A stretch of DNA of 64,000 nucleotides from Cyanobacteriota bacterium (GTDB taxonomy: Bacteria; Cyanobacteriota; Cyanobacteriia; Thermostichales; Thermostichaceae), in assembly GCA_033764955.1 (NCBI GenBank), contig JANRIL010000041.1, forward strand, positions 58,408-122,407. The letters run 5' to 3'. A program made the position numbers and the translations under genes. The notes beneath the pieces were generated by a model, which did no database searches, was not told where the DNA came from, and saw only the letters and a program-made list of their open reading frames with translations. Below are positions 40,730-51,689 of the stretch, piece by piece. Position 1 is the first letter of the stretch, and every line of letters starts with the position of its first letter.

Positions 40730-42538
40730 TCAACTGATTTGGGATCCCTGCCGGTTTTGGGCGAGCGCTAACAGTTGTTGCAGATCGGCTTCACTCAAAC
40801 CTTTGAGATCGAGATGGTTCTGAAACCAAACGGCCTGCTGAGGCAAAGGAATCGGGATGCCGGCTTGATCGAGGGCACGTTTGAGCCGGCGTCGATATTC
40901 TCGTGCCACCGGCCACTGCTGGAGGGGTTGCACCTTAATCCAGAGGCGAATGATCATGCCGTGTTCAGCAAATTGATCCACACCCAAGACATCAACATCC
41001 AAGATCTGATCTCGCCACTGCCAATCCCGACTCATCTCCTGCGCCACCCGCCGGATCACCAACAGGGCTTGATCCACATCCGTTTGATAGGAAATTTGGA
41101 TCCCCAGATCCACTCGTGACCAACCGTTGGAGAGGTTCTCCACCACTTTGATGCTGCTATTGGGAATGGTAATCAGACTCCCTTCCGTATTTCGCAGTTG
41201 GGTAATTCGCAGATTGAGGTGTTCGACCAAGCCGCCCCGCCCATCCACAACAATCACATCCCCTTCCGCAAATTGATCTTCCATCAAGATGAGCAGACCA
41301 TTGATCACATCCTTGATCAGATCTTGTGCCGCTAACGAAATGCCCAGACCAATAAACCCTAAGCTCGCCAACAAAGGCCCGACATTCACTCCCAGCAGAG
41401 CTATACCCAAAATTCCACCAATTAAGACAACGGTGGTGGTGGCAACCCCCTTGATCACTCCCGAAAAGGTGGCAATCCGTTTGGTGAGGCGATAGCTGGG
41501 AATCGTTGTCGGGATGGCCTGAAACCATTCCCCCTGGTGGAGGGCAGCAAAGAATTGATCGGTCAGCAGAGAACTGATCCGCACCACCCCATAGGTGCCG
41601 ATGGTAACGGCGATGATTTTGAGGAGTGGCCCCCGCAGGCTCACCCAAAACACGGTTTGGATCCAACGGCTTTGGGGAAACAACCCCACAACGACTAGCA
41701 AACTGCTGCTCCACAAAAGGGTTTGACCCACCTGCAAGAGACGTTGTTGTCCATCCAACCGATTTTCCTGCTTTTGTCGCTGCGCCTGTTGCTCGACAAG
41801 GATCGGATCCACGGGTTGATCGGCGCTGGCTGCCGCCTGCATTTGGGCTTGATTTTCTTGGGCAATCGCCAGCCGTGCCTCCCGTAGCCCCTGTCGTCGT
41901 TTGTGCATCCGGTTGCCCCAGCCACCCAACAGCCAACTGAGCAGGCTAGTAACCCCCAGCAGCCCAGCCGCGTGACCCGTTTGTCGTAGCAAAAATTGGG
42001 GTTGTCGTTCCGCGTGGGCACGAATTAAGGCAGTTTCAATGATGGTCGTCAATTCAATCGCCCAGGTGTTAGCCTGCTGCCCCTGTAGCTCAGCATCCAA
42101 GGACGTTACGGTCATCAAATACTGTTCATTAAGATTGAGAATGGGCTGATTGGTTTGGCGATCTAAGCTGACGGTTACTTCCAACTGATTGGGATCAAAA
42201 TCTGTGGACAAAAAGCGGCGCAGGGATCCCTCAATGGCGCGTACCCGTTGCTCTAGGGGGGTCAACACAGGCGGATCCCCTTCGGTAATCTCCGCAACCG
42301 GGGCAGCCACCTGAAAAAGATGGCGACCATCCAAACTGACATAGCCAATTTCTGTGTTGGTTAGACTACGGGGATCCCGGAGCAACTCCCGCAGATCGCC
42401 TAGGGTATCAAAGTCAGTGTCAAGGTTAAGGAACTGTGCCTGGGCAGGGGGGATCATCCAACAAGCCTGACTGAGCAGCACGATCCCCCAGAGGGATGAG
42501 TGTGTTTTTATCCTTGGCATCTGGTTCTTTCGCCCCAT
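40730..42538 (-). CDS. MscS-family mechanosensitive channel with exported N-terminal domain
   Basis: LAAQDLIKD..NG..IL.EDQF..GD; IPNS. Confidence 0.92.
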   Translation of the reverse strand: MGRKNQMPRIKTHSSLWGIVLLSQACWMIPPAQAQFLNLDTDFDTLGDLRELLRDPRSLTNTEIGYVSLDGRHLFQVAAPVAEITEGDPPVLTPLEQRVRAIEGSLRRFLSTDFDPNQLEVTVSLDRQTNQPILNLNEQYLMTVTSLDAELQGQQANTWAIELTTIIETALIRAHAERQPQFLLRQTGHAAGLLGVTSLLSWLLGGWGNRMHKRRQGLREARLAIAQENQAQMQAAASADQPVDPILVEQQAQRQKQENRLDGQQRLLQVGQTLLWSSSLLVVVGLFPQSRWIQTVFWVSLRGPLLKIIAVTIGTYGVVRISSLLTDQFFAALHQGEWFQAIPTTIPSYRLTKRIATFSGVIKGVATTTVVLIGGILGIALLGVNVGPLLASLGFIGLGISLAAQDLIKDVINGLLILMEDQFAEGDVIVVDGRGGLVEHLNLRITQLRNTEGSLITIPNSSIKVVENLSNGWSRVDLGIQISYQTDVDQALLVIRRVAQEMSRDWQWRDQILDVDVLGVDQFAEHGMIIRLWIKVQPLQQWPVAREYRRRLKRALDQAGIPIPLPQQAVWFQNHLDLKGLSEADLQQLLALAQNRQGSQIS

Positions 42539-42641
42539 TGCTCACAACACGACCCCAAAACCGTCAAAAGCTTGGGATCCCGTTTAGTGTAGAGGAATTT
42601 TTCCATCAGCCGCAAAGCCGCTAGACCTATCCATAGGCTTG

Positions 42642-43769
42642 CTACGGGGGAGGAGCTTTCATGTCTCCCATGTTGGATGGGGGGGGAGTAGGGGAGTTTA
42701 ATGAAGCTACTTCGTCCGTGCTTAACCATCCCCAGCGCCAGAATAAAAATAGCAATAACCCTGCAATAGCCACCATGACTAACCAAACCAGGGGATAGCC
42801 ATAAGCCCAATTCAGTTCTGGCATATTCCAGATCGATTTTTCGGTATTAAAGTTCATGCCATATACCCCCACAATAAATGTCAAGGGGATAAAAATAGTA
42901 GAGACAATTGTTAAGACTTTGACCACTTCATTGAGTCGGTTATTCACAGAAGATAAATACAATTCAACCAGACTGGAGGCAATTTCTCGATAAATTTCGA
43001 CCGTTTCAATCACCTGAATGGTGTGTTCATAGCAATCTCGCAAATAGGTGCGAACGGCGGGAGAAATCAGGGTGTTTCCCTCTCGCATCAATGCCGCAAT
43101 CGCCTCTCTTTGGGGACTAATGGCTCGCCGTAGAGCCAATAGTTCACGTTTCACCTCATAGATACAACTCAAGGTTTGGCGAGTCGGTTGATCGGCGGCC
43201 TCTTCTTCCAAATCTTCTAGTTTGACATCATAGGTTTCTAAAATAGGGAAGAAACTATCAATTAAAGCATCCAAAATAGCATAGGCCAAATAATCGGATC
43301 CCTGTTGTCGAATGGCTCCTCGTCCTCCACGAATCCGTTCCCGCACCCCACTAAAACAGTCAAATTGCGGCTCCTCCTGAAAGGTGATTACATAACGGGA
43401 TCCGATTACAACACTCACCTGTTCGCTGTGAAATCCATCAACTTTTGCCACCACCATACGACTGACCAGCAGATAGTGATCCTCATACTCTTCAAATTTG
43501 GGCCGCTGCGGCACATTGACAATATCTTCCAGCGCTAGGGGATGTAAGTTAAATACCTGCGCTAATTGTTGAAGCAACTCGGCATCGCCTAACCCCTGCA
43601 CATCCAACCAGGTAATGGAGTCCGAATGAATAAATGCCGCGCATTCGGCGGGGGAATGGGTGACAAACCGCCGCACCTCTTCTTGGGTATAGTCAATCAC
43701 AATCAACTTGGGCGGGTGAGCATCTTTGGGAATGACCAATGTGCCAGGGGTGGTATAAACGTTAGTCAT
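42642..43769 (-). CDS. corA: Magnesium/cobalt transporter
   Basis: HPLALED, QRPK, PLTFIVGVYGMNF, MPEL. Confidence 0.95.
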   Translation of the reverse strand: MTNVYTTPGTLVIPKDAHPPKLIVIDYTQEEVRRFVTHSPAECAAFIHSDSITWLDVQGLGDAELLQQLAQVFNLHPLALEDIVNVPQRPKFEEYEDHYLLVSRMVVAKVDGFHSEQVSVVIGSRYVITFQEEPQFDCFSGVRERIRGGRGAIRQQGSDYLAYAILDALIDSFFPILETYDVKLEDLEEEAADQPTRQTLSCIYEVKRELLALRRAISPQREAIAALMREGNTLISPAVRTYLRDCYEHTIQVIETVEIYREIASSLVELYLSSVNNRLNEVVKVLTIVSTIFIPLTFIVGVYGMNFNTEKSIWNMPELNWAYGYPLVWLVMVAIAGLLLFLFWRWGWLSTDEVASLNSPTPPPSNMGDMKAPPP

Positions 43770-43897
43770 AGGGCAGTCCCACTCAAAACCCAGTCTGAGT
43801 CATTAGTATAGAAGATCGGGATAGACAGTCGGGGAAATGCTTGGGTAAGGCTGCTCTCTCTGACCAATTGCATCAATCCCGTAAGGATTTGCTAGCC

Positions 43898-44740
43898 ATG
43901 TTGCACACCTTTATTCCTGCCCATCGATTTTTCCCCTATCTGACCTGGACAGAGATTGCCGCGATGCCAGATAAGGAGAATGTGGTGATCGTGCAGCCGG
44001 TGGCTTCTATCGAACAGCATGGCCCTCACCTGCCCCTGGTGGTGGATGCGGCGATTGGCACGGCGGTGATCGGGCGAGCCATGCAAAAGCTGGAGCCAGG
44101 GATCCCGGCTTATGTGCTGCCCACCCAGTATTACGGCAAAGCCAACGAGCATTGGCATTTTCCTGGCACGATTGCCCTCAGCGCCCAGACCTTGATGGCG
44201 ATATTGACAGAGGTGGGAGACAGCCTCTATCGGGCGGGGTTTCGGAAGCTGGTCTTTTTGAATTCCCACGGCGGGCAACCACAGGTTTTGGAGATTGTGG
44301 CACGGGATCTACACCAAAAATATGCAGACTTTATGCTGTTTCCGGTGGCGGCTTGGCGGGTTCCCCATCAGGGATCCGAGTTGATGACGGCTCGTGAGCG
44401 GGAGTTTGGCATTCATGCCGGAGATGGAGAAACCAGCCTGATGCTGCATATTTTGGCGGAACAGGTGCGCATGGAGAAAGCGGTTTGTGAATATCCCCAT
44501 GATCTCCCGCAAAATAGTTTGCTCAGTATGGAGGGCAACATCCCGTTTGCCTGGGTCACCCGTGACCTCACCCAGAGTGGTGTTTTGGGGGATGCCACGG
44601 CGGCCACGGCTGAGAAGGGCAAACTTTTGTTGGAGTCGATGGCGGAGGGTTGGGTGCAATTGTTGCGGGATTTGTACCAGTTTCAACAGCCCCAAGCCTG
44701 GAGGAAACTGGCACCCGAAGACGGATCGGAATCGGTCTAG
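43898..44740 (+). CDS. Creatininase-family amidohydrolase
   Basis: EQHGPHLP..D, NSHGG, HAG..ETS. Confidence 0.92.
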   Translation: MLHTFIPAHRFFPYLTWTEIAAMPDKENVVIVQPVASIEQHGPHLPLVVDAAIGTAVIGRAMQKLEPGIPAYVLPTQYYGKANEHWHFPGTIALSAQTLMAILTEVGDSLYRAGFRKLVFLNSHGGQPQVLEIVARDLHQKYADFMLFPVAAWRVPHQGSELMTAREREFGIHAGDGETSLMLHILAEQVRMEKAVCEYPHDLPQNSLLSMEGNIPFAWVTRDLTQSGVLGDATAATAEKGKLLLESMAEGWVQLLRDLYQFQQPQAWRKLAPEDGSESV

Positions 44741-44774
44741 CCTTATCTCCTCAAGTAGACAGTATGGCGGATCC

Positions 44775-45971
44775 CTAGCGAGTGGTGGTCAGATCTTGGG
44801 TTAACCGCAGATCAATGGGTTGTTGGGGATCCAACACCACTACCCGTGGAGCCGTATAGTTGCCCACAGCGGCTCCGGCAACTCCCGCTCCCAAAACCTC
44901 TTCGGTCGCAATCACACGATCCCCCGTGACTAAGCCTAGAATGGCTCCGGCGGCGGCTCCAATGGCGGCATCCTGCGCCACTTGTCCCGTGCTGGTATGG
45001 CGGGGATCCTTGACATCTCGCAGCACATCCGACTGAGCGGCCAAGGGAAACACTTGATTGTCGATGATCACGCTCTCGGCCACAAAGCGGGTTCCCCCAG
45101 GAGCAGGCTCAAACCGTCCATCGATCCGGGATCCGTAGGGAACAAGAATGTCCCCCCGATCATTGCGGATCGGGTTGAGCACCAGCATCGAGGTAGGACG
45201 GGTTTCATTGGGGGCGATATACAACCGTTGGTCAAGGGTGGGGGTGACCTGCATGAGAGTGCCTGCCAACACCGTTGAGACCTGTAAATTAAAGCCTTGG
45301 TTGGGAGGATTTTGAACCACCGGAGCGAAACTTCCCCGTTGCATCATGGCTTGATAGGTAAAAGCCGCCACTTCAGCACGGGTGGCCGTTCGGTTCGGCT
45401 CCAGCAGGGTGGGATCCGGATAGCTGACGATCAGATTGGCTTGGCTGGCGGTAGCCACCTGTCCCACCGCCCAAGCGGGGATGGCGGCAGCATCTCGATA
45501 GCGGCTGTTTAAGTCCCCCACCGGAGCCGCTGGGATCGCGCTTCCCTGCAAACCATTCACCAACACCACCCAGGTTTCGGTACGGGTGACGGGTTGTTCA
45601 GGGCGAAAGGTGCCATCGGGAAATCCGGCTACTAAGTTGTTAGCGGCGGCGGTGGAAATAGCAGAAAATCCCCAGTAGGTATTGGGCACATCCCGAAAGG
45701 CGACAAATCCGACCGTTGCCGGCAGTTGAAAGGCTTTGTTGACAATCGCCGCAAACTGAGCGCGGGTGACGGGCTGGTTGGGGCGAAAACTGCCATCAGG
45801 AAATCCACTAATCACCCCCGACGTGGCCAGCGCATCAATGTAGGAGTTAGCCCAATGGCCTCCCGTATCCACAAAACGAGCCGCCAAAGCCGCCTCTCCG
45901 CCCGTCAAAAAGAGCAATGAACCTACACTGACTCCCCAAAAAGCCTGTGTCCAAAAAGCAGAACATTTCAT
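44775..45971 (-). CDS. S-layer homology (SLH) domain protein with C-terminal Gly-zipper-like segment
   Basis: Three SLH repeats (GFPDGSFRPNQPVTRAQ etc.); signal peptide. Confidence 0.9.
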   Translation of the reverse strand: MKCSAFWTQAFWGVSVGSLLFLTGGEAALAARFVDTGGHWANSYIDALATSGVISGFPDGSFRPNQPVTRAQFAAIVNKAFQLPATVGFVAFRDVPNTYWGFSAISTAAANNLVAGFPDGTFRPEQPVTRTETWVVLVNGLQGSAIPAAPVGDLNSRYRDAAAIPAWAVGQVATASQANLIVSYPDPTLLEPNRTATRAEVAAFTYQAMMQRGSFAPVVQNPPNQGFNLQVSTVLAGTLMQVTPTLDQRLYIAPNETRPTSMLVLNPIRNDRGDILVPYGSRIDGRFEPAPGGTRFVAESVIIDNQVFPLAAQSDVLRDVKDPRHTSTGQVAQDAAIGAAAGAILGLVTGDRVIATEEVLGAGVAGAAVGNYTAPRVVVLDPQQPIDLRLTQDLTTTR

Positions 45972-46405
45972 ATTAAAAACTCTCGGTTCACTATGCCTAT
46001 TCTGGCTATTTGACCTTATTTGACAAGAGCTAGAATCCTTGATCTATCGATATTTGAGCCTTTATCCTGATTATTTTGCTGAAACGCGCAGGTTTGGGAT
46101 CCCTAAATCCCTAATTCCGGTTCCTATTGGCCTAGCTTACCTAAGTCTTGATCCCATCACCGCAGGGTTTTGTCGTCAGAACTATCGGGATCCTGACTTC
46201 CAGACTCCGCTGCCATGACTTCAGGTTGGCTGAGGCGATCATGACCAAGCCAGCGAGGGATCCCATCTATCCCATCATGGATTGGTGCCACAGATTCTGC
46301 CTCGTTCTAGACGGTAACTTTTTCCTGACATGCTTTAAAGTAAGTAGAGCCTCTGAGGCGATGAAGGTTGGCCGCAATTCACTCAAAAACTGAACTCAAC
46401 TTGGC

Positions 46406-47401
46406 ATGACACAGCAGCGCACTTTTTCTGGTATTCAGCCCTCCGGCGAACTGCATTTAGGCAACTATTTAGGAGCCATTCAAACGTGGGTGGCGGAGCA
46501 AACCCGCTATGAGAACTATTTCTGCATTGTGGATCAACATGCCGTCACTATCCCCCAAGATCCCCATCAACTGGCGGAACGCAGCCGCGAAGTGTTTGCC
46601 CTTTATCTGGCTTGTGGCCTAAAGCTAGAGCATTGCACCCTGTTTGTGCAGTCCCACGTTCCCGCCCATACAGAATTGGGCTGGCTGCTCAATACCCTCA
46701 CCCCTATGAACTGGTGTGAACGGATGATTCAGTATAGAGAAAAGCGAGAAAAACAGGGAGAAGAGGCCAGTGTCGGCTTATTTACCTACCCCGTTCTACA
46801 GGCAGCAGATATCTTACTCTATCAGCCTAAATACGTTCCCGTAGGCGAAGATCAACGGCAACATATCGAACTTTGTCGTGATATTGCCCGTCGCTTTAAT
46901 GATCGGTTTGGAGAAGTTTTTGTCATTCCCGAAGCCCAAATCCGCACGGAGGGAGCACGGGTGATGAGTTTAACCGATGGCACCCGCAAAATGTCCAAAT
47001 CAGATCCTTCAGAATTTAGCCGGATTCACCTTTTGGATAGTCCTGATCTGATCAAAAAGAAAATTCAAAAGTGCAAAACTGATGCCATTCGTGGTCTTAC
47101 CTTTGAGGATCCCGATCGTCCTGAAGCCACTAATTTGTTGACCCTCTATTGGTTATTCAGTGGCAAAAGCAAAGCTGCTGTGATTAGCGAATGTGCCGAG
47201 ATGGGCTGGGGACAATTCAAGCCGCTACTGACAGATGTTATTGTGACAGCATTACAGCCGATTCAAGCCCGTTATCAAGAGCTACGCCGGGATCCCTCAG
47301 CTCTGACGCAACTGCTGCGGGACAATGCCGCTAAAGCGAGAGCGGTTGCTGAGGAAACTCTGGAAAAAGTGCGTCACGCGATGGGATTTTTGCCAGCATA
47401 A
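46406..47401 (+). CDS. trpS: Tryptophan--tRNA ligase
   Basis: SGIQPSG.LHLGNY, VPVGEDQ, KMSKS. Confidence 0.98.
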   Translation: MTQQRTFSGIQPSGELHLGNYLGAIQTWVAEQTRYENYFCIVDQHAVTIPQDPHQLAERSREVFALYLACGLKLEHCTLFVQSHVPAHTELGWLLNTLTPMNWCERMIQYREKREKQGEEASVGLFTYPVLQAADILLYQPKYVPVGEDQRQHIELCRDIARRFNDRFGEVFVIPEAQIRTEGARVMSLTDGTRKMSKSDPSEFSRIHLLDSPDLIKKKIQKCKTDAIRGLTFEDPDRPEATNLLTLYWLFSGKSKAAVISECAEMGWGQFKPLLTDVIVTALQPIQARYQELRRDPSALTQLLRDNAAKARAVAEETLEKVRHAMGFLPA

Positions 47402-47415
47402 TCGATGAGGGATCC

Positions 47416-48882
47416 ATGACTATGTTTGATTTGCGACAACTCTTCCAAAACTGTCTGGCGCGGATCCCACCGGAACATCAACAGGAGTTTTTGCAAGAAA
47501 TTGGCTTTACCAATTATCTGCGAAGTAAGGGGGTGGCTTGGTTACTTCTTTTGATCATACCTTTCGCTATTTATATTGTTGATATTATTAATATCTTTCA
47601 ATTGTCCAGATATCAGATTTATCGACTTTTATTTGTGCAAATAACCGTATGGATATTAACCATTGGATATCTCTTTCTTTGTCGATGGAAGGAGATTCGA
47701 GCTTCTAAAGAGTTTAAGACTTATCATGCCTATCTCAATCAGTTATTTGTCGGGCTTTTGCTGCTATTTATTGGTTTTGAAAGTTTAGTCTCATTAACTG
47801 CACTAAAATCTAGCGAAGTTTATATTTTAGGAATGTTTACTCTGGTTTCGTTGTTCTATTTTCCTGGTTTATTTAGTCTGTTTCTGATTTCGTTAATTTA
47901 TACATTTTATTTGATAGCTGTTTACTATGTCTTAGGTCAACAGCCAACTTATTTGATGGCGGCGTATTTGATCGCTACTCTCTCTACCTTTCTGGCCTGG
48001 TTGTTTTCTCGCTATAACCTATTTTCCAGGGCAAGTGATTTTTTGAGTCGCCAGATTATCCAACAACAGGCGGCTTCTCTAACACTCAGCAACCAGGCTC
48101 TGCAACAGCGCAATCAAGACTTAGCCATCCTTAACCAAGAAAAAAATGAATTTTTGGGGATTGTGGTGCATGATCTAAAAAATCCCTTGACGGCAATCCA
48201 GGCTTCTGCTGAAATCCTGCTCAAGTTTCCCTATCTCGATCAAACGCAGATGCGGGATTTGTTGCAGCGTATCTTGACCACCACCGCTCGCATGTCGGAA
48301 CTGATTCGCAACCTTTTGGATATCAACGCTATTGAACAAGGGGAACTGCACGTGACACTCAGCTTATGTGATCTCTCCGCTATCACAGCTTCCGTCAAAG
48401 ACTCCTACGAAGTCGCTGCCCAGCAAAAGGGGCAAACCCTGCATTTTCAGGGATCCCCTGCACCTGCCCTGCTCTTGGGAGACCCCAACATCTTGATCCA
48501 AATTGTCGATAACCTCGTCTCTAACGCCATCAAATATTCCTATCCTCAGCAACCCATCTGGCTAGCGGTGGAGGTGGATCCCCCTCATGTCCGCCTGCAA
48601 GTACGGGATCAAGGCCCAGGCATGACCACCGAGGATCAGGAAAAATTGTTTGGCAAATTTGTCCGTCTAAGTGCCTTACCCACGGGGGGAGAACACTCGA
48701 CAGGTTTGGGCTTATCGATTGTCAAACGGTTGGTGGAAGCTCTGAATGGGCGAGTATGGTGTGATAGCCAAATCGGGGTGGGATCCACCTTTATCGTGGA
48801 GTTTCCCCAGGCGGATGTCTCGGTGGCCGGGATAGAATTGATAGACTCACTGGCTGGTTTTCCCCCCAGTAGACACACCTAA
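47416..48882 (+). CDS. Multi-TM sensor histidine kinase
   Basis: About 6 TMs; HDLKNP; N, G1 and G2 boxes. Confidence 0.93.
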   Translation: MTMFDLRQLFQNCLARIPPEHQQEFLQEIGFTNYLRSKGVAWLLLLIIPFAIYIVDIINIFQLSRYQIYRLLFVQITVWILTIGYLFLCRWKEIRASKEFKTYHAYLNQLFVGLLLLFIGFESLVSLTALKSSEVYILGMFTLVSLFYFPGLFSLFLISLIYTFYLIAVYYVLGQQPTYLMAAYLIATLSTFLAWLFSRYNLFSRASDFLSRQIIQQQAASLTLSNQALQQRNQDLAILNQEKNEFLGIVVHDLKNPLTAIQASAEILLKFPYLDQTQMRDLLQRILTTTARMSELIRNLLDINAIEQGELHVTLSLCDLSAITASVKDSYEVAAQQKGQTLHFQGSPAPALLLGDPNILIQIVDNLVSNAIKYSYPQQPIWLAVEVDPPHVRLQVRDQGPGMTTEDQEKLFGKFVRLSALPTGGEHSTGLGLSIVKRLVEALNGRVWCDSQIGVGSTFIVEFPQADVSVAGIELIDSLAGFPPSRHT

Positions 48883-48999
48883 ACCTCCCCATATTCGGCT
48901 ACCTATCCAGCTTTTATCGAGACTTTCTCAGCAGATATTCAACAGTCCGGTTCCTGATTGCAGTAAACTCCTAGAAACCTCTGATCCCTGGCTAAACCT

Positions 49000-49899
49000 A
49001 TGGAAAAATTTCTACGGCGAACCGTTATTGGACTGCTAACTGGTCTGTTGGTTTGGTGGGTTAGCGCTTCTGCCCAGAGCGCCGCTGTGATCAAAGTTGG
49101 CTCCAAAGACTTCACGGAACAATTTATTCTGGGAGAAATGTATGCTCTGGTTTTGGAGGAAGCTGGCTTCACCGTAGAGCGCAAACTCAACCTCGGTGGA
49201 ACTCCGGTGGCACAAGCGGGTTTAGAAAGTGGCGAGATTGATCTCTATCCCGAGTACACCGGAACGGGACTGTTGACGGTGTTGAAACAGCCCGCCAATA
49301 GCGATCCCAAACAAGTCTTTGAAACAGTCGCTCAAGGCTATCAAGAGCAATTTAATTTGGTCTGGCTGGATCCCGCCCCCATGAACAACACCCAGGCGTT
49401 GGCCATGACCCAGGCCGGGGCAGAAAAATTTGGCATCAAAACTATTTCTGATATGGCGGCCAAAGCCGATCAACTGGTGATGATTGGCCCCCCCGAATTT
49501 CAGGCGCGGGAGGATGGGCTACCCGGCATTCAGAAAGCTTATGGCAACTTTAAACTCAAATCCTATAAAGCGGTGGATCCGGGACTGCGCTACAAAGGGT
49601 TGGTGGACGGGGAGGCAGACGTTACCGTGGCTTTTGGCACCGATGGTGAGATTAGTGCCTTCAACCTGGTTTTGTTGGAGGATGACAAAAACCTTTTCCC
49701 TCCCTATCAGGTGGCTCCTGTGGTGCGCCAAACCACGCTGGAGGCCAATCCCCAAATCCGTGAGGTCTTGAATAGTCTTGCTCCAAAGCTCACCGATACG
49801 GTCATGCAAACCCTCAACTATGAGGTAAGTGGCAAGCAAAAAGAGCCGGCGGATGTTGCCAAAGCTTTCTTGGTGGAAGCAGGGCTAATCAAAGGATGA
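49000..49899 (+). CDS. Osmoprotectant (glycine betaine/choline-type) ABC substrate-binding protein
   Basis: VGSKDFTEQ.ILGE, YPEYTGT, FPPY. Confidence 0.93.
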   Translation: MEKFLRRTVIGLLTGLLVWWVSASAQSAAVIKVGSKDFTEQFILGEMYALVLEEAGFTVERKLNLGGTPVAQAGLESGEIDLYPEYTGTGLLTVLKQPANSDPKQVFETVAQGYQEQFNLVWLDPAPMNNTQALAMTQAGAEKFGIKTISDMAAKADQLVMIGPPEFQAREDGLPGIQKAYGNFKLKSYKAVDPGLRYKGLVDGEADVTVAFGTDGEISAFNLVLLEDDKNLFPPYQVAPVVRQTTLEANPQIREVLNSLAPKLTDTVMQTLNYEVSGKQKEPADVAKAFLVEAGLIKG

Positions 49900-49909
49900 G
49901 GATGGGGTT

Positions 49910-50875
49910 GTGAGCAGCATTCGTTTTGATCAGGTCAGCCTGCGGTTCCCCAGAGCGCCTCGGCCTGCGGTCAACCAGTGCAGCTTTGAAGTAGCCAGTG
50001 GACAATTGGTGGTGCTGTTGGGTCCATCCGGTTGTGGCAAAACCACCCTCCTCAAAATGGTCAATCGGTTGTACGAACCCAGCAGTGGTCAGATTACCCT
50101 AGAGGGGCAAGATATTCGCCATTGGCCCGTTACCCGTTTGCGCCAGAACATTGGTTATGTCATTCAGCAGTCTGGCTTGTTTCCCCACATGACGGTAGCG
50201 GAAAACATTGCGGTGGTTCCCCGTCTCTTGGGTTGGGGCAAGCCCCGCATTCGGGAACGGGTGGAGGAACTCCTGGATTTAATCAAGCTGCCCGTCAGTG
50301 AATATGCTCACCGCTATCCGGCTCAACTGTCGGGAGGGCAGCAGCAACGGGTCGGCTTAGCCCGCGCTTTGGCTGGGGATCCCCAGGTGATGCTGATGGA
50401 TGAACCCTTCGGGGCAATTGATGCCATCACTCGCGCCAGCTTGCAGGAGGAGATTCTGCGCTTGCAGAGTCAGCTACAAAAGACCATCCTCTTTGTTTCC
50501 CATGATGTGGAGGAGGCGCTTCGCTTAGCGGATCGGATTCTCATCCTGCACAAAGGTCAGATCGTGCAATACGACACGCCCTTCCAGATTTTGACCCGCC
50601 CCGCCAATGCCTTTGTCGCCGAACTGATGGGATCCGAAGATATGGTGCGGCAACTCAGCTTGCTGCGGGTGGAAGGGGCGATGGTGGCAGTTCCCCACAA
50701 TCACCAGCCCAGTCAGGAGGCCATGATCAGGCAGGGAGATAGTTTGCGCCATGCCCTATCATTGTTGCTGCGGACAGGAGCTTCCAGTCTAACGGTGGTG
50801 GATGGGGGAGAAGCAGTGGGAGTCTTGACCCTAGAGCATATCCGAGAATCCGCCAGTCTGCGAGCCAGTGCTTAG
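49910..50875 (+). CDS. Osmoprotectant ABC ATPase with C-terminal CBS-like domain
   Basis: GPSGCGKTT, IGYVIQ, LSGGQQQR, DEPFG. Confidence 0.93.
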   Translation: MSSIRFDQVSLRFPRAPRPAVNQCSFEVASGQLVVLLGPSGCGKTTLLKMVNRLYEPSSGQITLEGQDIRHWPVTRLRQNIGYVIQQSGLFPHMTVAENIAVVPRLLGWGKPRIRERVEELLDLIKLPVSEYAHRYPAQLSGGQQQRVGLARALAGDPQVMLMDEPFGAIDAITRASLQEEILRLQSQLQKTILFVSHDVEEALRLADRILILHKGQIVQYDTPFQILTRPANAFVAELMGSEDMVRQLSLLRVEGAMVAVPHNHQPSQEAMIRQGDSLRHALSLLLRTGASSLTVVDGGEAVGVLTLEHIRESASLRASA

Positions 50876-50951
50876 GGGGGAATGCTTAGCCAAACATCCC
50901 CATCCCTCACCGGGGATCCCTGTCCATCGCCTACCTTCTTCTCTTTTCCCC

Positions 50952-51689
50952 ATGACCCGCATTCAGGCCATTTTCTTCGATGCCGTCGGCACTCTTTTTG
51001 ATGTGAAAGGAAGTGTCGGGCATATCTACGCCCAAGCCGCCCTTGGCTATGGCGTGCGGATGGATCCCCAACCCCTCAATCGAGCTTTCTATCGGGTGTT
51101 TCAATCGGCCAAGCCAATGGCCTTTCCTAACCCCAATCCGGCCACCCTCGATCAGGAGGAGCGCCGTTGGTGGCAACAGATTGTGGAGGCCACCTTGACC
51201 GAGATGGGGATTGATCTTTCTGCCGCATCGGAGGGAGATTCCTCTGGCTTCCCAAATTTTTCCAATTATTTCCGCGAGGTGTACGACCTGTTTGCGACGG
51301 CGGATCCCTGGCAGCTCTATCCTGAAACCATAGAAGTATTGCAACACCTGCGTTCCCAAGGGATCCCTTTGGGGGTAATCTCTAACTTTGATTCACGGTT
51401 GCTGCCTGTCCTGCAAAGGTTGGGGCTGCGGGATTTTTTTAGCCATGTGATCATCTCCACCCAGGTGGGATCCGCCAAGCCTGAGCAACAGGTTTTTGAA
51501 AAAGCCCTGCAAGCGTTTCAGATCCAGCCAGAGGCAGCTTTGCATGTGGGGGATAGCCATAGCCAAGACTATCAAGGAGCCAAACAGGCGGGGTTGCAGG
51601 CTCTCTGGTTGCAGCGGGATCCCCAGCCGGAGCAGCCTTTCTCCCCAGAAACCATTCGGGATTTGGCAGGCATCCTCAGGCTGTTGTGA
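50952..51689 (+). CDS. HAD-superfamily hydrolase (REG-2/HDHD3-like)
   Basis: FDAVGTL, SNFD, KP, HVGDS..D. Confidence 0.9.
   Translation: MTRIQAIFFDAVGTLFDVKGSVGHIYAQAALGYGVRMDPQPLNRAFYRVFQSAKPMAFPNPNPATLDQEERRWWQQIVEATLTEMGIDLSAASEGDSSGFPNFSNYFREVYDLFATADPWQLYPETIEVLQHLRSQGIPLGVISNFDSRLLPVLQRLGLRDFFSHVIISTQVGSAKPEQQVFEKALQAFQIQPEAALHVGDSHSQDYQGAKQAGLQALWLQRDPQPEQPFSPETIRDLAGILRLL

Noticed and set aside
46148..46405. T-box or leader peptide upstream of trpS
   Set aside because: No T-box consensus and no Trp-rich leader seen
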